Below, one piece after another: positions 9,382 to 20,476 of a DNA stretch of 64,000 nt; positions within the stretch are counted from its first letter, which is position 1, and each line of letters starts with the position of its first letter. A model generated the notes under the pieces. The model was not told where the DNA came from, did not search any database, and saw only the letters and a program-made list of their open reading frames with translations. A program made the position numbers and the translations under genes. The stretch comes from Deferribacterales bacterium. GTDB lineage: Bacteria > Chrysiogenota > Deferribacteres > Deferribacterales > Geovibrionaceae. The stretch lies in NCBI GenBank assembly GCA_050251945.1, contig JBFWLW010000002.1, positions 1-64,000 on the forward strand, written 5' to 3'.

Positions 9382-11196
9382 ATGTTTATGCAAATATATA
9401 AATCATTAGAAAAATCATTTTTCAACACCATTGCCCGGAAATTGCTCGGAAATATCCTGTTCGTTACATCCATTCAGGCGATAGCCATCTTTTCGTTTAT
9501 GCACTACAAGAACAACATAATAGAAAAGATAACCCTGATGGATATTGAACCTGTACTGAAGCAGCAGATTCTGGACGCCTGCACCCACGGGTTCGGCACC
9601 GCCCTGTTCCTAATGGTGCTTACGATCGTTGCGTTATTTTTCATACTCGCTTTTTTTTATATTCTGATAGTTCACCCTATAAAAAGAATGGCACTGCTTT
9701 TTAAAGAAATGGGCATGGGCGGCAACGACCTTTCAACAGACATGCCGCTTCTGACATACGACGAGATGCGCGATCTTGCAGAAGGATACAACCTTTTCAT
9801 GATGAAACTGCGCAAACTCATTCTTAAAATAAGAATGATAAGCATCAGCATCGGCGTGGAATCGGCACAGGTTGTCCACAACACGGACAGAACCTTTGTC
9901 GAGGTTAACAACCAGACGGAGCTTTCCGAAAGGATATACGAAGTAAGCTCCCGCTCAACGGATGCTGTTGAAACCGTACGCGGTCACTCGTCAAGCATCA
10001 GTCAGGCGGCAGAAGACAACATCGCCAAAGCGGTCAGCTCCAAAAACGAGATGGAAACGCTGACCTGCAATATGGACGCGATAAGCGGCATGCTGGGCGA
10101 ATTCCAGCAGACTGTCGGCAATCTTACGAAAAACTCGGAAACCATCAGAGAGATAGTATCACTCATCGAAGATATCTCCGACCAGACAAACCTGCTGGCG
10201 CTTAACGCCGCCATCGAAGCGGCAAGAGCCGGAGAGGCGGGACGCGGGTTTGCAGTTGTTGCCGACGAGGTGCGCAAGCTTGCGGAAAGGGTCAAATCCG
10301 CCACTGAAGAGATTTCGTCAAATATCAACCAGATGATCGGCGAGGTTCGCCATACCTCCGACCAGACAAACAAAATAAACCAGTACATAAACGAAACCAA
10401 AAACGTTGTGGACAAAACATCTACAAACTTCGCCACAATGGTTCAGGATTTCGAGCAGACGGGACACGGCATTCAGGAGATTACCGCGTCGCTGGACAGC
10501 TTCACCGACAACAACGTGGAGATACACACCAACATAACCGCCATCAAAGATGCGGCATATCTTGTTGACCACATGATGCACGAATCTCACAAAAACACTC
10601 TGACTCTGAATTCGCACATCGAGGATATTCAGGACAACGTCGCAAAATTTAAGATTGGAATGGGCGAGATGGAGAAAATACTCCAGCTGGGCGAAACATA
10701 CAAAGCGAAGTTTGAATCTGTTCTGAAAGAGCTTGCCGACAAAGGCATCGACATCTTTGACAAACAATACAAACAGATACCCAACGTTTTCCCTGCGAAA
10801 TATTCCACTAAATACGACTCCAAAGTGGAATCACTGTTCCAGCCTCTTTACGACAAAGTGCTTACGGAACAGTCCGGCATCATCTTCGCCCTGTGCGTTG
10901 ACGTGAACGGCTATGCGCCGACACACAACAGGAAATATTCCGCCAAACCCACAGGCAACAAAGAAGCGGACACAGCCCACAGCAGAGACAAGAGAATATT
11001 CAACGACCACACGGGTCTGCGTGCCGCGCAGAGTACTCAGCCTTTCCTCATTCAGACCTATTCCAGAGACACAGGCGAGGTAATAAACGACATCAGTATG
11101 CCGATAGTGGTCAGCAACAAACACTGGGGCGCATTCAGAATCGGTTTCGACCCGCACTCCATAATCGAATCAGCAAAGAAAGTTTTGAGCGACTAA
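9382..11196 (+). CDS. Methyl-accepting chemotaxis protein with an extra C-terminal domain
   Basis: 2 [40 protein letters not shown] hairpin, ~170 aa C-terminal extension. Confidence 0.93.
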   Translation: MFMQIYKSLEKSFFNTIARKLLGNILFVTSIQAIAIFSFMHYKNNIIEKITLMDIEPVLKQQILDACTHGFGTALFLMVLTIVALFFILAFFYILIVHPIKRMALLFKEMGMGGNDLSTDMPLLTYDEMRDLAEGYNLFMMKLRKLILKIRMISISIGVESAQVVHNTDRTFVEVNNQTELSERIYEVSSRSTDAVETVRGHSSSISQAAEDNIAKAVSSKNEMETLTCNMDAISGMLGEFQQTVGNLTKNSETIREIVSLIEDISDQTNLLALNAAIEAARAGEAGRGFAVVADEVRKLAERVKSATEEISSNINQMIGEVRHTSDQTNKINQYINETKNVVDKTSTNFATMVQDFEQTGHGIQEITASLDSFTDNNVEIHTNITAIKDAAYLVDHMMHESHKNTLTLNSHIEDIQDNVAKFKIGMGEMEKILQLGETYKAKFESVLKELADKGIDIFDKQYKQIPNVFPAKYSTKYDSKVESLFQPLYDKVLTEQSGIIFALCVDVNGYAPTHNRKYSAKPTGNKEADTAHSRDKRIFNDHTGLRAAQSTQPFLIQTYSRDTGEVINDISMPIVVSNKHWGAFRIGFDPHSIIESAKKVLSD

Positions 11197-11220
11197 GCTT
11201 AATAACAGTAAATAAACAGA

Positions 11221-11252
11221 AAATCCCCCGCCTTAAAACGGGGGATTTTTTT
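11221..11252 (+). terminator. Intrinsic terminator
   Basis: AAATCCCCCG..CGGGGGATTTTTTT. Confidence 0.8.
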
Positions 11253-11305
11253 GTGCATGGGTAAGGAAATATTTCCGCTCCCAGCAAAGACATTCATCTC
11301 CACCA

Positions 11306-11546
11306 GTCTCTGCGAACCCCATAGGGGTGAAGCAGTCTCATTGTTGGAGATCGCGTCGTCGCGATGCTCCTTGCGAAGACGGTTTTTTGTCTCTGCGAGG
11401 AATGAAGTGACGAAGCAGTCTAAATGTGGTAGATCGCGTCGTCGCTCCGCTTCTCGCGAAGACAGCTGTTTGTCTCTGCGAGGAATGAAGTGACGAAGCA
11501 GTCTGAATGTGGTAGATCGCGTCGTCGCTCCGCTTCACGCGAAGAC
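11306..11546. repeat. Three tandem 75-bp REP-like units at an 83-bp period
   Basis: Units 11306-11380, 11389-11463 and 11472-11546: GTCTCTGCGA..GAAGCAGTCT..AGATCGCGTCGTCGC..GCGAAGAC; units 2 and 3 are nearly identical. Confidence 0.85.
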
Positions 11547-11559
11547 AGAAAAAGCAGCA

Positions 11560-11681
11560 GCGGTGTTTAAATGCGGGCAGAACAAGGAATACGCTCCGAA
11601 AGAGCTGCGAGCATAGAAATAAGTATGTGAGCGGTTTTGAGGAGTGGATGACGCAGTAATGCGACGCAGATAAACGCCGCG
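11560..11681. repeat. Fold-back element with imperfect terminal inverted repeats
   Basis: GCGGTGTTTAAATGCG ... CGCAGATAAACGCCGC. Confidence 0.55.
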
Positions 11682-11693
11682 CATCACCTGTAA

Positions 11694-12485
11694 TTATATG
11701 AAGATGAGCATAAGGATAATAAGCATCAGCGCTATAATAACATTTGTAAGAAACTTGATAGCCTGATCCTTTTCAAACCTGTTCATGAAAGTGTTATTCT
11801 TTTTATATTCCGCTTTGATTCTGCCAAGTTCCTGACGGAACTCGTCGCGCTCTCTGAAAAGCGTGCGGATGAAAGGAGCAAGCTCTATCTCGGCGCATTT
11901 ATCCTTTTTAGGGTTTATGCGCAGAAGATCCGCTTTTTCCATATTCAGAAGTCCTTTGTTGTTGTTCTCGTCGTCAAAGCTGAATGTAAAACCGAACTTC
12001 TCCATGAATGAGAAAAAAGCGCCTCTGTCGTCGTCCTCACGTTTTGAATCGAAATAGAAGAATACCGGTTCGACAGCGAAATCGGGAAAGCTGCCTTTCA
12101 GAAGCCCCGCAAGTTCATTCATCGCATAGGTGCCAAGCCCGTACCCTCTGTAGGTCGGAGACAGTTTGAATTTATTGATATGGGGAAATCTTATCGTACG
12201 CGTAAGAAGATCGGCAACGGCAGAAAGCCTGTTGTCCTTTTTAAATTCGTTCTCCAGCCCATTCATTATTTCCGAAGGCTGTTCATTTTCAGGCAGATTT
12301 TCCGCCTCGCCCTCCGGACCTGTTTTCGCTATCGGAACGAAAGAGATGCTGTAAGTGACCTCTGTGTTGGTACGAATAACCTCAAGGCTATAGAGCATAT
12401 AGCCCATGGTGACCTTTCTGGTCTCCGTCAGTTTGTTAACCAGCTTAAGAAGTCTGATATCGCTGTTTTTTTCCTTGCCCATCAT
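11694..12485 (-). CDS. GNAT-like protein with C-terminal coiled coil and TM anchor
   Basis: YRGYGLGT acetyl-CoA loop, FMEKFGF motif, terminal hydrophobic helix. Confidence 0.65.
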   Translation of the reverse strand: MMGKEKNSDIRLLKLVNKLTETRKVTMGYMLYSLEVIRTNTEVTYSISFVPIAKTGPEGEAENLPENEQPSEIMNGLENEFKKDNRLSAVADLLTRTIRFPHINKFKLSPTYRGYGLGTYAMNELAGLLKGSFPDFAVEPVFFYFDSKREDDDRGAFFSFMEKFGFTFSFDDENNNKGLLNMEKADLLRINPKKDKCAEIELAPFIRTLFRERDEFRQELGRIKAEYKKNNTFMNRFEKDQAIKFLTNVIIALMLIILMLIFI

Positions 12486-13048
12486 CCACCTATGGGAATT
12501 TTAAAGAGACTCTTGAGGCTTCCGAAAAAGCTGTTGTGAAATTCGATTCGCACAAGCATTTTTCTCGCTTTTTCATTTTTCATGATGCTGGGAATGATAG
12601 AAGAGAAAGAATTAAGCTGCTGCATATAGATCATCTGCGGCAGCCTGTTCGTGCTGACGCCCGCCTCAATGAGGTCTGAAACAAATCTTTTCAGCACAGC
12701 TTTAAAAATATCCACGGTTTCCTTCTGTTCCTCCGCCAGCAGGATAAGATACTTTTTGTCTGTGAATCTCTTTTTAATATCCTGATCTATCATCAGGCGT
12801 TTTGTGTGGGATACGAATCCCCAACGCGACCTGTCCGTTGCCAGACATAGCATATAATTATAAAAGCAAACGTAATACTGAACAAAATAATTTTCAATCG
12901 GTTCAGCCGGATTTTCCGCGTCTGAAGACACAGTTACAGACTGACGAACCTCAGAGCTGACCATCTTAAACATTTTATTAGTGAATTCGGTGAGGCTGAA
13001 TGTCAGTTCCCCGCCGTTAATCTGGTCTGCCGTAATATCCCATTCCAT
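12482..13048 (-). CDS. Hypothetical protein
   Basis: 188-aa ORF with AGGAG RBS and a 4-bp overlap with the next gene. Confidence 0.75.
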   Translation of the reverse strand: MEWDITADQINGGELTFSLTEFTNKMFKMVSSEVRQSVTVSSDAENPAEPIENYFVQYYVCFYNYMLCLATDRSRWGFVSHTKRLMIDQDIKKRFTDKKYLILLAEEQKETVDIFKAVLKRFVSDLIEAGVSTNRLPQMIYMQQLNSFSSIIPSIMKNEKARKMLVRIEFHNSFFGSLKSLFKIPIGG

Positions 13049-13240
13049 TCATAACTCCTGAAATAACCTAAAATACCATATAAAGTATAATCATTATCGG
13101 AACAAGAACAATATAACTCAATCACTCATTTTAGAAAAGGTTTTTAAATACTATAATTTCTTCATAATCTTTCGCTTAATATTAGTTCACGATTTTCGAT
13201 TTATATTATATATCAGGAAATTTCCGCAGGAGTGTAAAAT

Positions 13241-14020
13241 ATGTTTAGCCTTGTGCTCAATAAGATGTCAGACTATATAAATATAAATAAAAGCCACGAC
13301 GAAAACAGTTTGGATTTTGTTTTTGCGGAGAGTGACGGTGTGCAGAAAGAAGATATTAAAAACATAGAAGAACATCTGTCGGTTAACACCAAAATATCAG
13401 TCGCTGTGCAAAACGCGAACTATCAGGGCGTTTACGACTCCCGCGTGGAAGACTTCGACGAAGAGAACATCTATATATCACAGCCCTCATCAGAAGGCGT
13501 ACCTGTCCCTATGGTGCCGGGAACCATAGCCCACATCGAATTTGTGAACAGCAAAGGACGCTTCCGGTTCGAGACAAAAGTTACCGGAAGAAGCTCGCAG
13601 GGCAGAATTACGCTTGTGGCTGTTGAAAAACCGAAAACAATGGTAAGAAACCAGCTTCGCGAGTTTTACAGGGTGGAAACCCGCATTAAAGGAAAAATCA
13701 AGATATTCTATGCCGCTGTGCCGGACAAGAATATGAAGATACCGCATAAAAGCATAGACTGCATGGTGATGGACGTCTCCGGCGGAGGCGGAAAGCTTAT
13801 AACTTCTTCATGGATGGAGAACAGGCAGTCCTTTCTTCTGGATATGTCGGAAGCTATACCTGAACTAGATAACGCACCCTGTACAGCGATACGCGTTAAA
13901 AGGATTCAGGAGCGCACGGAAGTCAGCTTCCGTTTCGACTTCACAAAGGAATCTGACCGCAATCTTATCATAAAGTATGTTTTCAAAAGACAGATAGAAC
14001 TGAAACAGACTTTAGGCTAA
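13241..14020 (+). CDS. YcgR-like flagellar brake / PilZ c-di-GMP effector
   Basis: QLREFYRV (RxxxR) and DVSGGG (DxSxxG) PilZ motifs after a YcgR-N-like domain; exact start uncertain. Confidence 0.88.
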   Translation: MFSLVLNKMSDYININKSHDENSLDFVFAESDGVQKEDIKNIEEHLSVNTKISVAVQNANYQGVYDSRVEDFDEENIYISQPSSEGVPVPMVPGTIAHIEFVNSKGRFRFETKVTGRSSQGRITLVAVEKPKTMVRNQLREFYRVETRIKGKIKIFYAAVPDKNMKIPHKSIDCMVMDVSGGGGKLITSSWMENRQSFLLDMSEAIPELDNAPCTAIRVKRIQERTEVSFRFDFTKESDRNLIIKYVFKRQIELKQTLG

Positions 14021-14115
14021 TAGATTTATCATAAATAACAGTTATTTATACCGCTGTTTAAATGTATTTCTTGCAAACCGTACAAGAGCGCGGTATTTTA
14101 TAGCAAAATTCTGAG

Positions 14116-14745
14116 GTGAAAAGGTTGATAGCTAAAGAGGGATTTCCTTTTGTTCTTGGCGCGCTTGCTGTTTTTCTCGTACTGGTAATATTTCCGGTAA
14201 AACTGATAATATTAATAGTAGGCATATTCTGTGCCTTCTGCGTGTGGTTCTTCCGCGATCCGGAACGCAGCATCCCGCCGTTTAAAGACGTGCTTGTCTC
14301 CCCTGCCGACGGCAAGGTCATAGAGGTGTTTCAGTCCGAACACAACGGTCAGTCTGTCACCAAAATAAGTATATTCATGAACGTGTTCAACGTACACGTC
14401 AACCGTATGCCCATCACCGGAAAAATACTTTCCGTTAAGCATATTGAGGGCAAGTTCCTCCCCGCGGACAGACCCGACGCATCCTATGAAAACGAACAGA
14501 ACGTAATTGAAATAGAGAGCGAATTCGGCAATATCACCGTAAAACAGATAGCCGGACTCATCGCCCGAAGAACAGTTTGCTATGCCAAAGAGGGCGAAAC
14601 ACTGCCCATCGGCGACAGGCTGGGGATAATCAAATTCTCTTCACGCCTCGAAGTGTTCGTTCCGAAAGGATTTGACATTTCACTCAAAAACGGCGATATT
14701 GTCAAAGCAGGCGAGTCTGTTCTCGCCAAATATACAGGTGCATAA
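14116..14745 (+). CDS. psd: Phosphatidylserine decarboxylase (short type)
   Basis: FFRDPER, SPADG, IFMNVFNVHVNR, QIAGLIARR; adjacent to pssA. Confidence 0.92.
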   Translation: MKRLIAKEGFPFVLGALAVFLVLVIFPVKLIILIVGIFCAFCVWFFRDPERSIPPFKDVLVSPADGKVIEVFQSEHNGQSVTKISIFMNVFNVHVNRMPITGKILSVKHIEGKFLPADRPDASYENEQNVIEIESEFGNITVKQIAGLIARRTVCYAKEGETLPIGDRLGIIKFSSRLEVFVPKGFDISLKNGDIVKAGESVLAKYTGA

Positions 14746-14748
14746 CCA

Positions 14749-15498
14749 ATGAACAGTGCTGTTCAGAACAAAAACTATGTTCTGCCGAACCTCGTGACCA
14801 TCATGGGGCTTTTCTGTGGTTTCTATTCTATCATCGCTTCCCTGAAAGGACAGTATACCCTTGCGGCAAGTGCGACCCTTGTTGCATTCGTCTTTGACGG
14901 TATCGACGGAAAGATAGCGAGACTGATGAACGCCACAAGTGATTTCGGGATACAGCTCGACTCACTGAGCGACCTCGTTTCATTCGGTGTCGCACCGGCT
15001 ATACTCGTATACAAATGGGCGCTTGAACCCTACGGCAGACTTGGCTGGATGGCGGCGTTCCTTTTCATTGCATGCGGCGCTCTGCGTCTTGCACGTTTCA
15101 ACGTAATGACCAAAAAAATTGATCCCAGATACTTCATTGGACTGCCCATTCCTGCGGCTGCGGGTGTTGTTGCAGCCAGTGTCCTTTTTGTAAAAGAATA
15201 TATCGGCAACCCCGAAGATATAACGCTCCCTGTCTGGTTCACTTTCACAATATACATCCTTGCTTTCCTGATGGTCAGCAACGTTAAATATTACAGCGGG
15301 AAGTCACTGTTCCAGCAGAAATCATACAACGTACTTGTTATGTTCGTTCTGGCTATCTTCGTTATAGGACTTATCCCCGAACTATCACTATTTGTTCTAT
15401 CCGTCGGCTACGCGTTCAGCGGACTGCTGCTATTCGCGTATAAACGGCTAAGACACCCTGCGGGGAACTCTGAGGAACCTTTCGGAACGGAAGTGTGA
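14749..15498 (+). CDS. pssA: CDP-diacylglycerol--serine O-phosphatidyltransferase
   Basis: DGIDGKIAR..FGIQLDSLSD CDP-alcohol motif, RLARFN, GLPIP. Confidence 0.95.
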   Translation: MNSAVQNKNYVLPNLVTIMGLFCGFYSIIASLKGQYTLAASATLVAFVFDGIDGKIARLMNATSDFGIQLDSLSDLVSFGVAPAILVYKWALEPYGRLGWMAAFLFIACGALRLARFNVMTKKIDPRYFIGLPIPAAAGVVAASVLFVKEYIGNPEDITLPVWFTFTIYILAFLMVSNVKYYSGKSLFQQKSYNVLVMFVLAIFVIGLIPELSLFVLSVGYAFSGLLLFAYKRLRHPAGNSEEPFGTEV

Positions 15499-15519
15499 TT
15501 TCACATCTATGTTAAACCG

Positions 15520-15555
15520 AAGCCTCAGCCCTAACGGGTTGGGGCTTTTTTTTTC
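15520..15555 (+). terminator. Intrinsic terminator after pssA
   Basis: AAGCCTCAGCCC-TAAC-GGGTTGGGGCTTTTTTTTT. Confidence 0.8.
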
Positions 15556-15621
15556 GATTTTGTAAAGAAGGAGGAAACAACGATGCTATCAGGACTGAGA
15601 AACAAATAATAAAGAATGAAC

Positions 15622-15696
15622 GTCTTCGCGAGAAGCTGAAGCGACGAAGCGATCCAAGCATTGAGACTGCCGCGTCGCGTCGCTCCTCGCAGAGAC
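15622..15696. repeat. REP-like doublet upstream of leuA
   Basis: GTCTTCGCGAG..GCGATC / AGACTGC..CTCGCAGAGAC. Confidence 0.75.
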
Positions 15697-15734
15697 TGAA
15701 AAAGATTAATTCATCAAAATAAGGAGAAGGAAAA

Positions 15735-17294
15735 ATGTCAAAAAGAAAGATCATCGTATTCGACACAACACTGAGAGACGGAGAGCAGGCACCCGGTTTC
15801 TCCATGAATACCGAAGAAAAGATTCAGATGGCAATCCAGCTTGAAAAAATGGGCGTGGATGTCATGGAAGCAGGCTTTCCCATCTCTTCACCCGGCGACT
15901 TTGAAGCTGTAAGCCGCGTTGCCGCCGTCATCAAGAACTGCGGTGTGGCAGGTCTCTGCCGCGCAAATAAAAAAGACATCGAAGTGGGCTGGGACGCTCT
16001 GAAAGGCGCTGTCCGCCCCCGCATCCATACATTCATAGCTACAAGCGACATCCACCTTCAGTATAAACTGAAAAAGAGCAGAGAAGAGGCTCTTCAGATA
16101 GCTGTAGACGCCGTTAAATTTGCAAGGAACCTGTGTGAAGACGTTGAGTTCAGCGCAGAGGACGCAACAAGAAGCGATCTGGACTATCTGTGCCGCGTGG
16201 TGGAAGCTGTCATCGCGGCAGGCGCAAGCACGGTTAACATTCCCGACACCGTGGGCTACACAATTCCCATGGAATTTGATAAGATAATCAGCACCATTAT
16301 GAATAAAGTTCCAAACGTCGACAAGGCGCGCATAAGTGTCCACTGCCACAACGACCTCGGTCTCGGAGCCGCAAACTCTCTGGCAGCCATAAAGGCGGGC
16401 GCATCACAGGTTGAATGCACAGTAAACGGCATCGGCGAACGCGCGGGCAACACATCTCTGGAAGAGGTCATCATGGCTATGACAGTCAGAAAGGACATCT
16501 TCGACGACGTTGAATTCGGTCTGAACACAAAAGAGATATACCGCTCAAGCAAAATGCTGACAGCCATCACCGGAGTACACGTTCAGCCCAATAAAGCCAT
16601 CGTGGGTAAAAACGCCTTCGCACACGAAGCGGGCATCCATCAGGACGGTGTGCTGAAAAACAGGATTACATACGAAATCATGACCCCCGAAAGCGTTGGC
16701 TATCCCGAAAACAGCCTTGTTCTGGGTAAGCACTCAGGTCGTCACGCATTCATACAGAGACTGCAGGCTCTCGGTTTTGAAATAGCTGAAGAAGCTATGC
16801 AAACTGCATTTGATACTTTTAAGATTTTAGCCGATAAGAAAAAAGAGGTCTTTGACGAGGACATAGAGAACATCGTTCTCAACCAGACAGCCCAGACAAC
16901 TAAACACTTTGATCTGGACAGAGTTAACATGTTCAGCGGCAACACCGCGATACCCACGGCAACCGTGAGGCTCAAAACAGCCACAAACGAATTCATTACG
17001 GATGCATCCATCGGTGACGGTCCTGTGGACGCTGTTATGAAGGCGATTGAAAGGATCGCAGGTATCCCCGGCAGACTGAAAAGTTATAACATCAAAGCTC
17101 TCACAGAAGGAAAGGATGCTCAGGGTGAGGTTACCATAGCGGCAGAGTTTGAAAAATGCGGGTACTCCATCAAAGGACGCGGAACCGACACGGATGTAGT
17201 TGTTGCAAGCGCAAAGGCATACCTTGACGCGCTTAACAAATACATAACCAGAAAAGAGTCAAAACTCGCTCCGAGGTTACCTGAAGGGATATAA
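15735..17294 (+). CDS. leuA: 2-isopropylmalate synthase
   Basis: DTTLRDGEQ, HCHNDLG, GERAGN, HEAGIHQDG, plus C-terminal regulatory domain (GDGPVDA, EGKDAQG). Confidence 0.95.
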   Translation: MSKRKIIVFDTTLRDGEQAPGFSMNTEEKIQMAIQLEKMGVDVMEAGFPISSPGDFEAVSRVAAVIKNCGVAGLCRANKKDIEVGWDALKGAVRPRIHTFIATSDIHLQYKLKKSREEALQIAVDAVKFARNLCEDVEFSAEDATRSDLDYLCRVVEAVIAAGASTVNIPDTVGYTIPMEFDKIISTIMNKVPNVDKARISVHCHNDLGLGAANSLAAIKAGASQVECTVNGIGERAGNTSLEEVIMAMTVRKDIFDDVEFGLNTKEIYRSSKMLTAITGVHVQPNKAIVGKNAFAHEAGIHQDGVLKNRITYEIMTPESVGYPENSLVLGKHSGRHAFIQRLQALGFEIAEEAMQTAFDTFKILADKKKEVFDEDIENIVLNQTAQTTKHFDLDRVNMFSGNTAIPTATVRLKTATNEFITDASIGDGPVDAVMKAIERIAGIPGRLKSYNIKALTEGKDAQGEVTIAAEFEKCGYSIKGRGTDTDVVVASAKAYLDALNKYITRKESKLAPRLPEGI

Positions 17295-17368
17295 AATGCT
17301 TGATAAATATAAATAAAAGCATATAATAATATCACCCAAGTAAAAAAGTTTCAATTTATGGTGAATTA

Positions 17369-19087
17369 ATGAAACTAAAAGTCAAGATTCTATTATATGT
17401 TGCCGTTACGGTCTTCGCAGGAATGACCGTGCTTTTCACGATAAACTTCTTCATGCTTAAGAATAATATGTTTAAGGATGAAGTTGCAAAGGCGCGAAGC
17501 TTCGTTCTGGCGGCAGAGGGTGTGAGAGAGTTCATGGGACTCGCTTCGGCGGCGGATATTTATAAAACCGATGAACTGAAAAACGATATTAACAGGCTTC
17601 TGCTGACAGTACCCATCGTAGGTTCGATGAAGGCGATGGAGCTGAAATCGGAAGAGGCGGGACTGAAATTTAAGGTTCCGAAGATATCGCCGAGAAATCC
17701 GGTGAACGAACCGGACAGCATAGATCTTATCGCTCTTAAGGAACTTGACAAGATAGACAAAGGTTCGGGTATCAGCCCCGAATATGTCTACCACGATAAA
17801 GATAACCACCAGTTAAGATACTACAAAGCCATCAGGCTTACGGAAGTTTGTTTAAAATGCCACGGAGACCCTGCGACATCGCAGGCTCTCTGGGGCAATT
17901 CCGATGGTCTCGACCCCACCGGCGTTAAAATGGAAAACTGGAAAGCCGGTGAACTCCACGGAGCTTTCGAGGTTTATCTGCCAACAGAACCCGTTTATGC
18001 CGCGATATACAGAAACCTTACCGTATCGTTCCTTGTTTTCCTCCCGGTTACAATAGTTATTCTGATAATACTGTATATGATCAACTCCAGATACATCTTC
18101 AACCGTTTACAGGAAGTAAGCACAGCTCTCACCAGGATAGCGGCAGGCGACTTCACTGTACGCATGAAGGTTTCAAGCGACGACGAAGTCGGTGAACTTG
18201 AAAAAGCCACCAACAAAATGACCGCGGACGTCAATGACGCGCTCATGGTGGTGACGGACTCGATAGCCTCTATTGCATCCACATCAGCAGAACTCTCCAG
18301 CAACGCGGAAACAATAGCCAGAGGCGCAATCGAACAGTCCGAACAGGTTGCTGCCACCGCTTCCGCAGTTGAAGAGGTAAGCTCAACGGTTGTAGAGGTT
18401 GCCCATAACGCTGCAAACGTTTCAAAAAGTGCTGAAGAAGCAAGTAATTCGGTTTCAAAAGGTCACTCGCTTGTTCAGGAAACCAGAAATATGATGGAAC
18501 AGATAGCCGGTACGGTTTCCGATTCCGCCGTAACAGTTCGCAAACTGGGCGAAAGCAGCGAACAGATCGGTCAGATAATTCAGGTTATCGACGACATAGC
18601 AGACCAGACAAACCTTCTTGCGCTTAACGCAGCCATTGAAGCGGCAAGAGCGGGAGAACACGGACGCGGATTCGCTGTCGTTGCAGACGAAGTACGCAAG
18701 CTCGCCGAAAAAACTGTGAAGGCAACGCAGGAGATAGCCGATATGATCCAGTCCATTCAGGCGGATACAGGCGGCGCTGTTGCAGGAATGCACGAAGGCG
18801 TTCAGCAGGTTGAAAGCGGCACAAAAAAAGCGGAAGAGGCAAAAGCAGCTCTTGATGTCATCATGAAGAACGTGGACAACGTTTCCAGCGAAGTCACTAT
18901 GATCGCCCGCGCAACGGACGAACAGGCTTCTGCAACGGAAATGATGGCACAAAGCATAGAGAACATCTCACATGTTACGGGTGAAAACTCCAACGCTTCG
19001 CAGGAAACAGCAAGAGCCGTTGAACAGCTCAGCCAGCTCGCCTCTGAACTTCAGGGGCTTATCCGGCGTTTCAAAACAACGAAATAA
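17369..19087 (+). CDS. MCP with heme c-binding periplasmic sensor (DUF3365/Tll0287-like)
   Basis: [26 protein letters not shown] and MCP signalling hairpin. Confidence 0.92.
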   Translation: MKLKVKILLYVAVTVFAGMTVLFTINFFMLKNNMFKDEVAKARSFVLAAEGVREFMGLASAADIYKTDELKNDINRLLLTVPIVGSMKAMELKSEEAGLKFKVPKISPRNPVNEPDSIDLIALKELDKIDKGSGISPEYVYHDKDNHQLRYYKAIRLTEVCLKCHGDPATSQALWGNSDGLDPTGVKMENWKAGELHGAFEVYLPTEPVYAAIYRNLTVSFLVFLPVTIVILIILYMINSRYIFNRLQEVSTALTRIAAGDFTVRMKVSSDDEVGELEKATNKMTADVNDALMVVTDSIASIASTSAELSSNAETIARGAIEQSEQVAATASAVEEVSSTVVEVAHNAANVSKSAEEASNSVSKGHSLVQETRNMMEQIAGTVSDSAVTVRKLGESSEQIGQIIQVIDDIADQTNLLALNAAIEAARAGEHGRGFAVVADEVRKLAEKTVKATQEIADMIQSIQADTGGAVAGMHEGVQQVESGTKKAEEAKAALDVIMKNVDNVSSEVTMIARATDEQASATEMMAQSIENISHVTGENSNASQETARAVEQLSQLASELQGLIRRFKTTK

Positions 19088-19093
19088 ATTCTT

Positions 19094-19125
19094 AAAGGCG
19101 GAAATCTTCTGGTTTCCGCCTTTTT
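19094..19125 (+). terminator. Intrinsic terminator
   Basis: AAAGGCGGAAA..TTTCCGCCTTTTT. Confidence 0.8.
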
Positions 19126-19235
19126 CTTGCTTTCCATCTCATTTTCAAATATACTTATCCGCACTTTTTCGGTTATAGTTTTTATCCTAAAAATTAAATG
19201 AACAAATTTAAAGAATATATCGGAGGACTTTTTAG

Positions 19236-19985
19236 ATGTCAGGACATAGCAAGTGGGCGAACATTAAGCACCGCAAAGCGGCACAGGATGCGAAAAAAGG
19301 CAAGGCTTTCACAAAAGTTGCAAAAGAGATAGTCGTTGCAGTTAAAGAGGGGGGCGCAGATCCGGACATGAACTCACGTCTCAGACTGGCGCTGGACAAG
19401 GCAAAAGAATGTAACCTCCCCAAAGACAACATCGACAGGGCAATCAAAAAAGGCTCAGGCGAAGGCAACGAAAACACGTTTGAAGAGATCACATACGAAG
19501 GATACGGACCCGGCGGCGTCGCCATCCTTATCAAAGCGCTCACCGACAACAGAAACCGTACTGTTGCCGAAGTGCGCAGCACAATGAACAAAAAGGGCGC
19601 AAACATGGGCGAAGCAGGATGCGTTGCATGGATGTTTGAATCAAAAGGAATCATCGAGATACCCAAAGAGAAAGCTGACGAGGAAACACTCCTTGAACTA
19701 GCTCTGGAACTTGGCGCTGAAGATGTTAAAGACGAAGGCGACGTTTTTCAGGTTATCACCGAGGTCAGTTCATACTTCGCAGTTAAAACCGCGCTTCAAG
19801 AACAAAAATACGAGATAAACTATTCCGAGGTTACGATGAAGCCGAAGAACACCGTCACTATCGGCGAAGATGACCTCAGAAAACTTTTCAATATAACCGA
19901 CGCACTGGAAGACCTTGACGACGTTCAGGAAGTATTCTCCAACTTCGACGCCGACGAGGCAACAATGGCGGCTATGGAAGAATAA
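19236..19985 (+). CDS. yebC: YebC/PmpR family protein
   Basis: MSGHSKWANIKHRK, YEGYGPGG, TDNRNRT. Confidence 0.96.
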   Translation: MSGHSKWANIKHRKAAQDAKKGKAFTKVAKEIVVAVKEGGADPDMNSRLRLALDKAKECNLPKDNIDRAIKKGSGEGNENTFEEITYEGYGPGGVAILIKALTDNRNRTVAEVRSTMNKKGANMGEAGCVAWMFESKGIIEIPKEKADEETLLELALELGAEDVKDEGDVFQVITEVSSYFAVKTALQEQKYEINYSEVTMKPKNTVTIGEDDLRKLFNITDALEDLDDVQEVFSNFDADEATMAAMEE

Positions 19986-20476
19986 TGCCTGAAATAGTAA
20001 TGGGGGTTGACCCCGGGCTTAACTGCACAGGCATCGGCATAGTTCAGGTATGGCCCGGCAAGGTCGAATATGTTGCCCACAGAGTTGTCAGAACAAACGC
20101 GAAAGAGACCCTGCCGCAAAGGCTGGCTGTCATATGCGCCGGAGTCCGTGAAGCTGTGGACGAGTTCAAACCCTCATATTCTGCTGTTGAGGACGTATTT
20201 TATTCGGTAAACGTGAAAAGCGCCATGCTTCTGGGACAGACGCGCGGCGCGATAATCGCCACCCTGCTTTCAAGCGGGCTTGAAGTGCGCGAGTTTACCG
20301 CATTGCAGATAAAAAAGGCGGTTGTCGGCTATGGAAAAGCGGACAAATCGCAGGTCAAACACATGGTCGAGATACTTTTGGGGCGCAAGATAGGCAACGT
20401 CCCTATGGACGCAACAGACGCCCTAGCCTGCGGTATCTGTCTCGGTCTCAATCTTACGGGGAGGTTAGTATCATGA
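19985..20476 (+). CDS. ruvC: Holliday junction resolvase
   Basis: GVDPG, VEDVF, IKKAVVGYGKADK, DALA. Confidence 0.96.
   Translation: MPEIVMGVDPGLNCTGIGIVQVWPGKVEYVAHRVVRTNAKETLPQRLAVICAGVREAVDEFKPSYSAVEDVFYSVNVKSAMLLGQTRGAIIATLLSSGLEVREFTALQIKKAVVGYGKADKSQVKHMVEILLGRKIGNVPMDATDALACGICLGLNLTGRLVS

Noticed and set aside
11306..11546. Possible CRISPR array
   Set aside because: Units are 75 bp with 8-bp linkers, have no unique spacers or cas genes, and recur dispersed as REP-like elements.
15499..15734. Leucine attenuator or T-box before leuA
   Set aside because: No Leu-rich leader peptide or T-box motif; the hairpin is explained as the pssA terminator.
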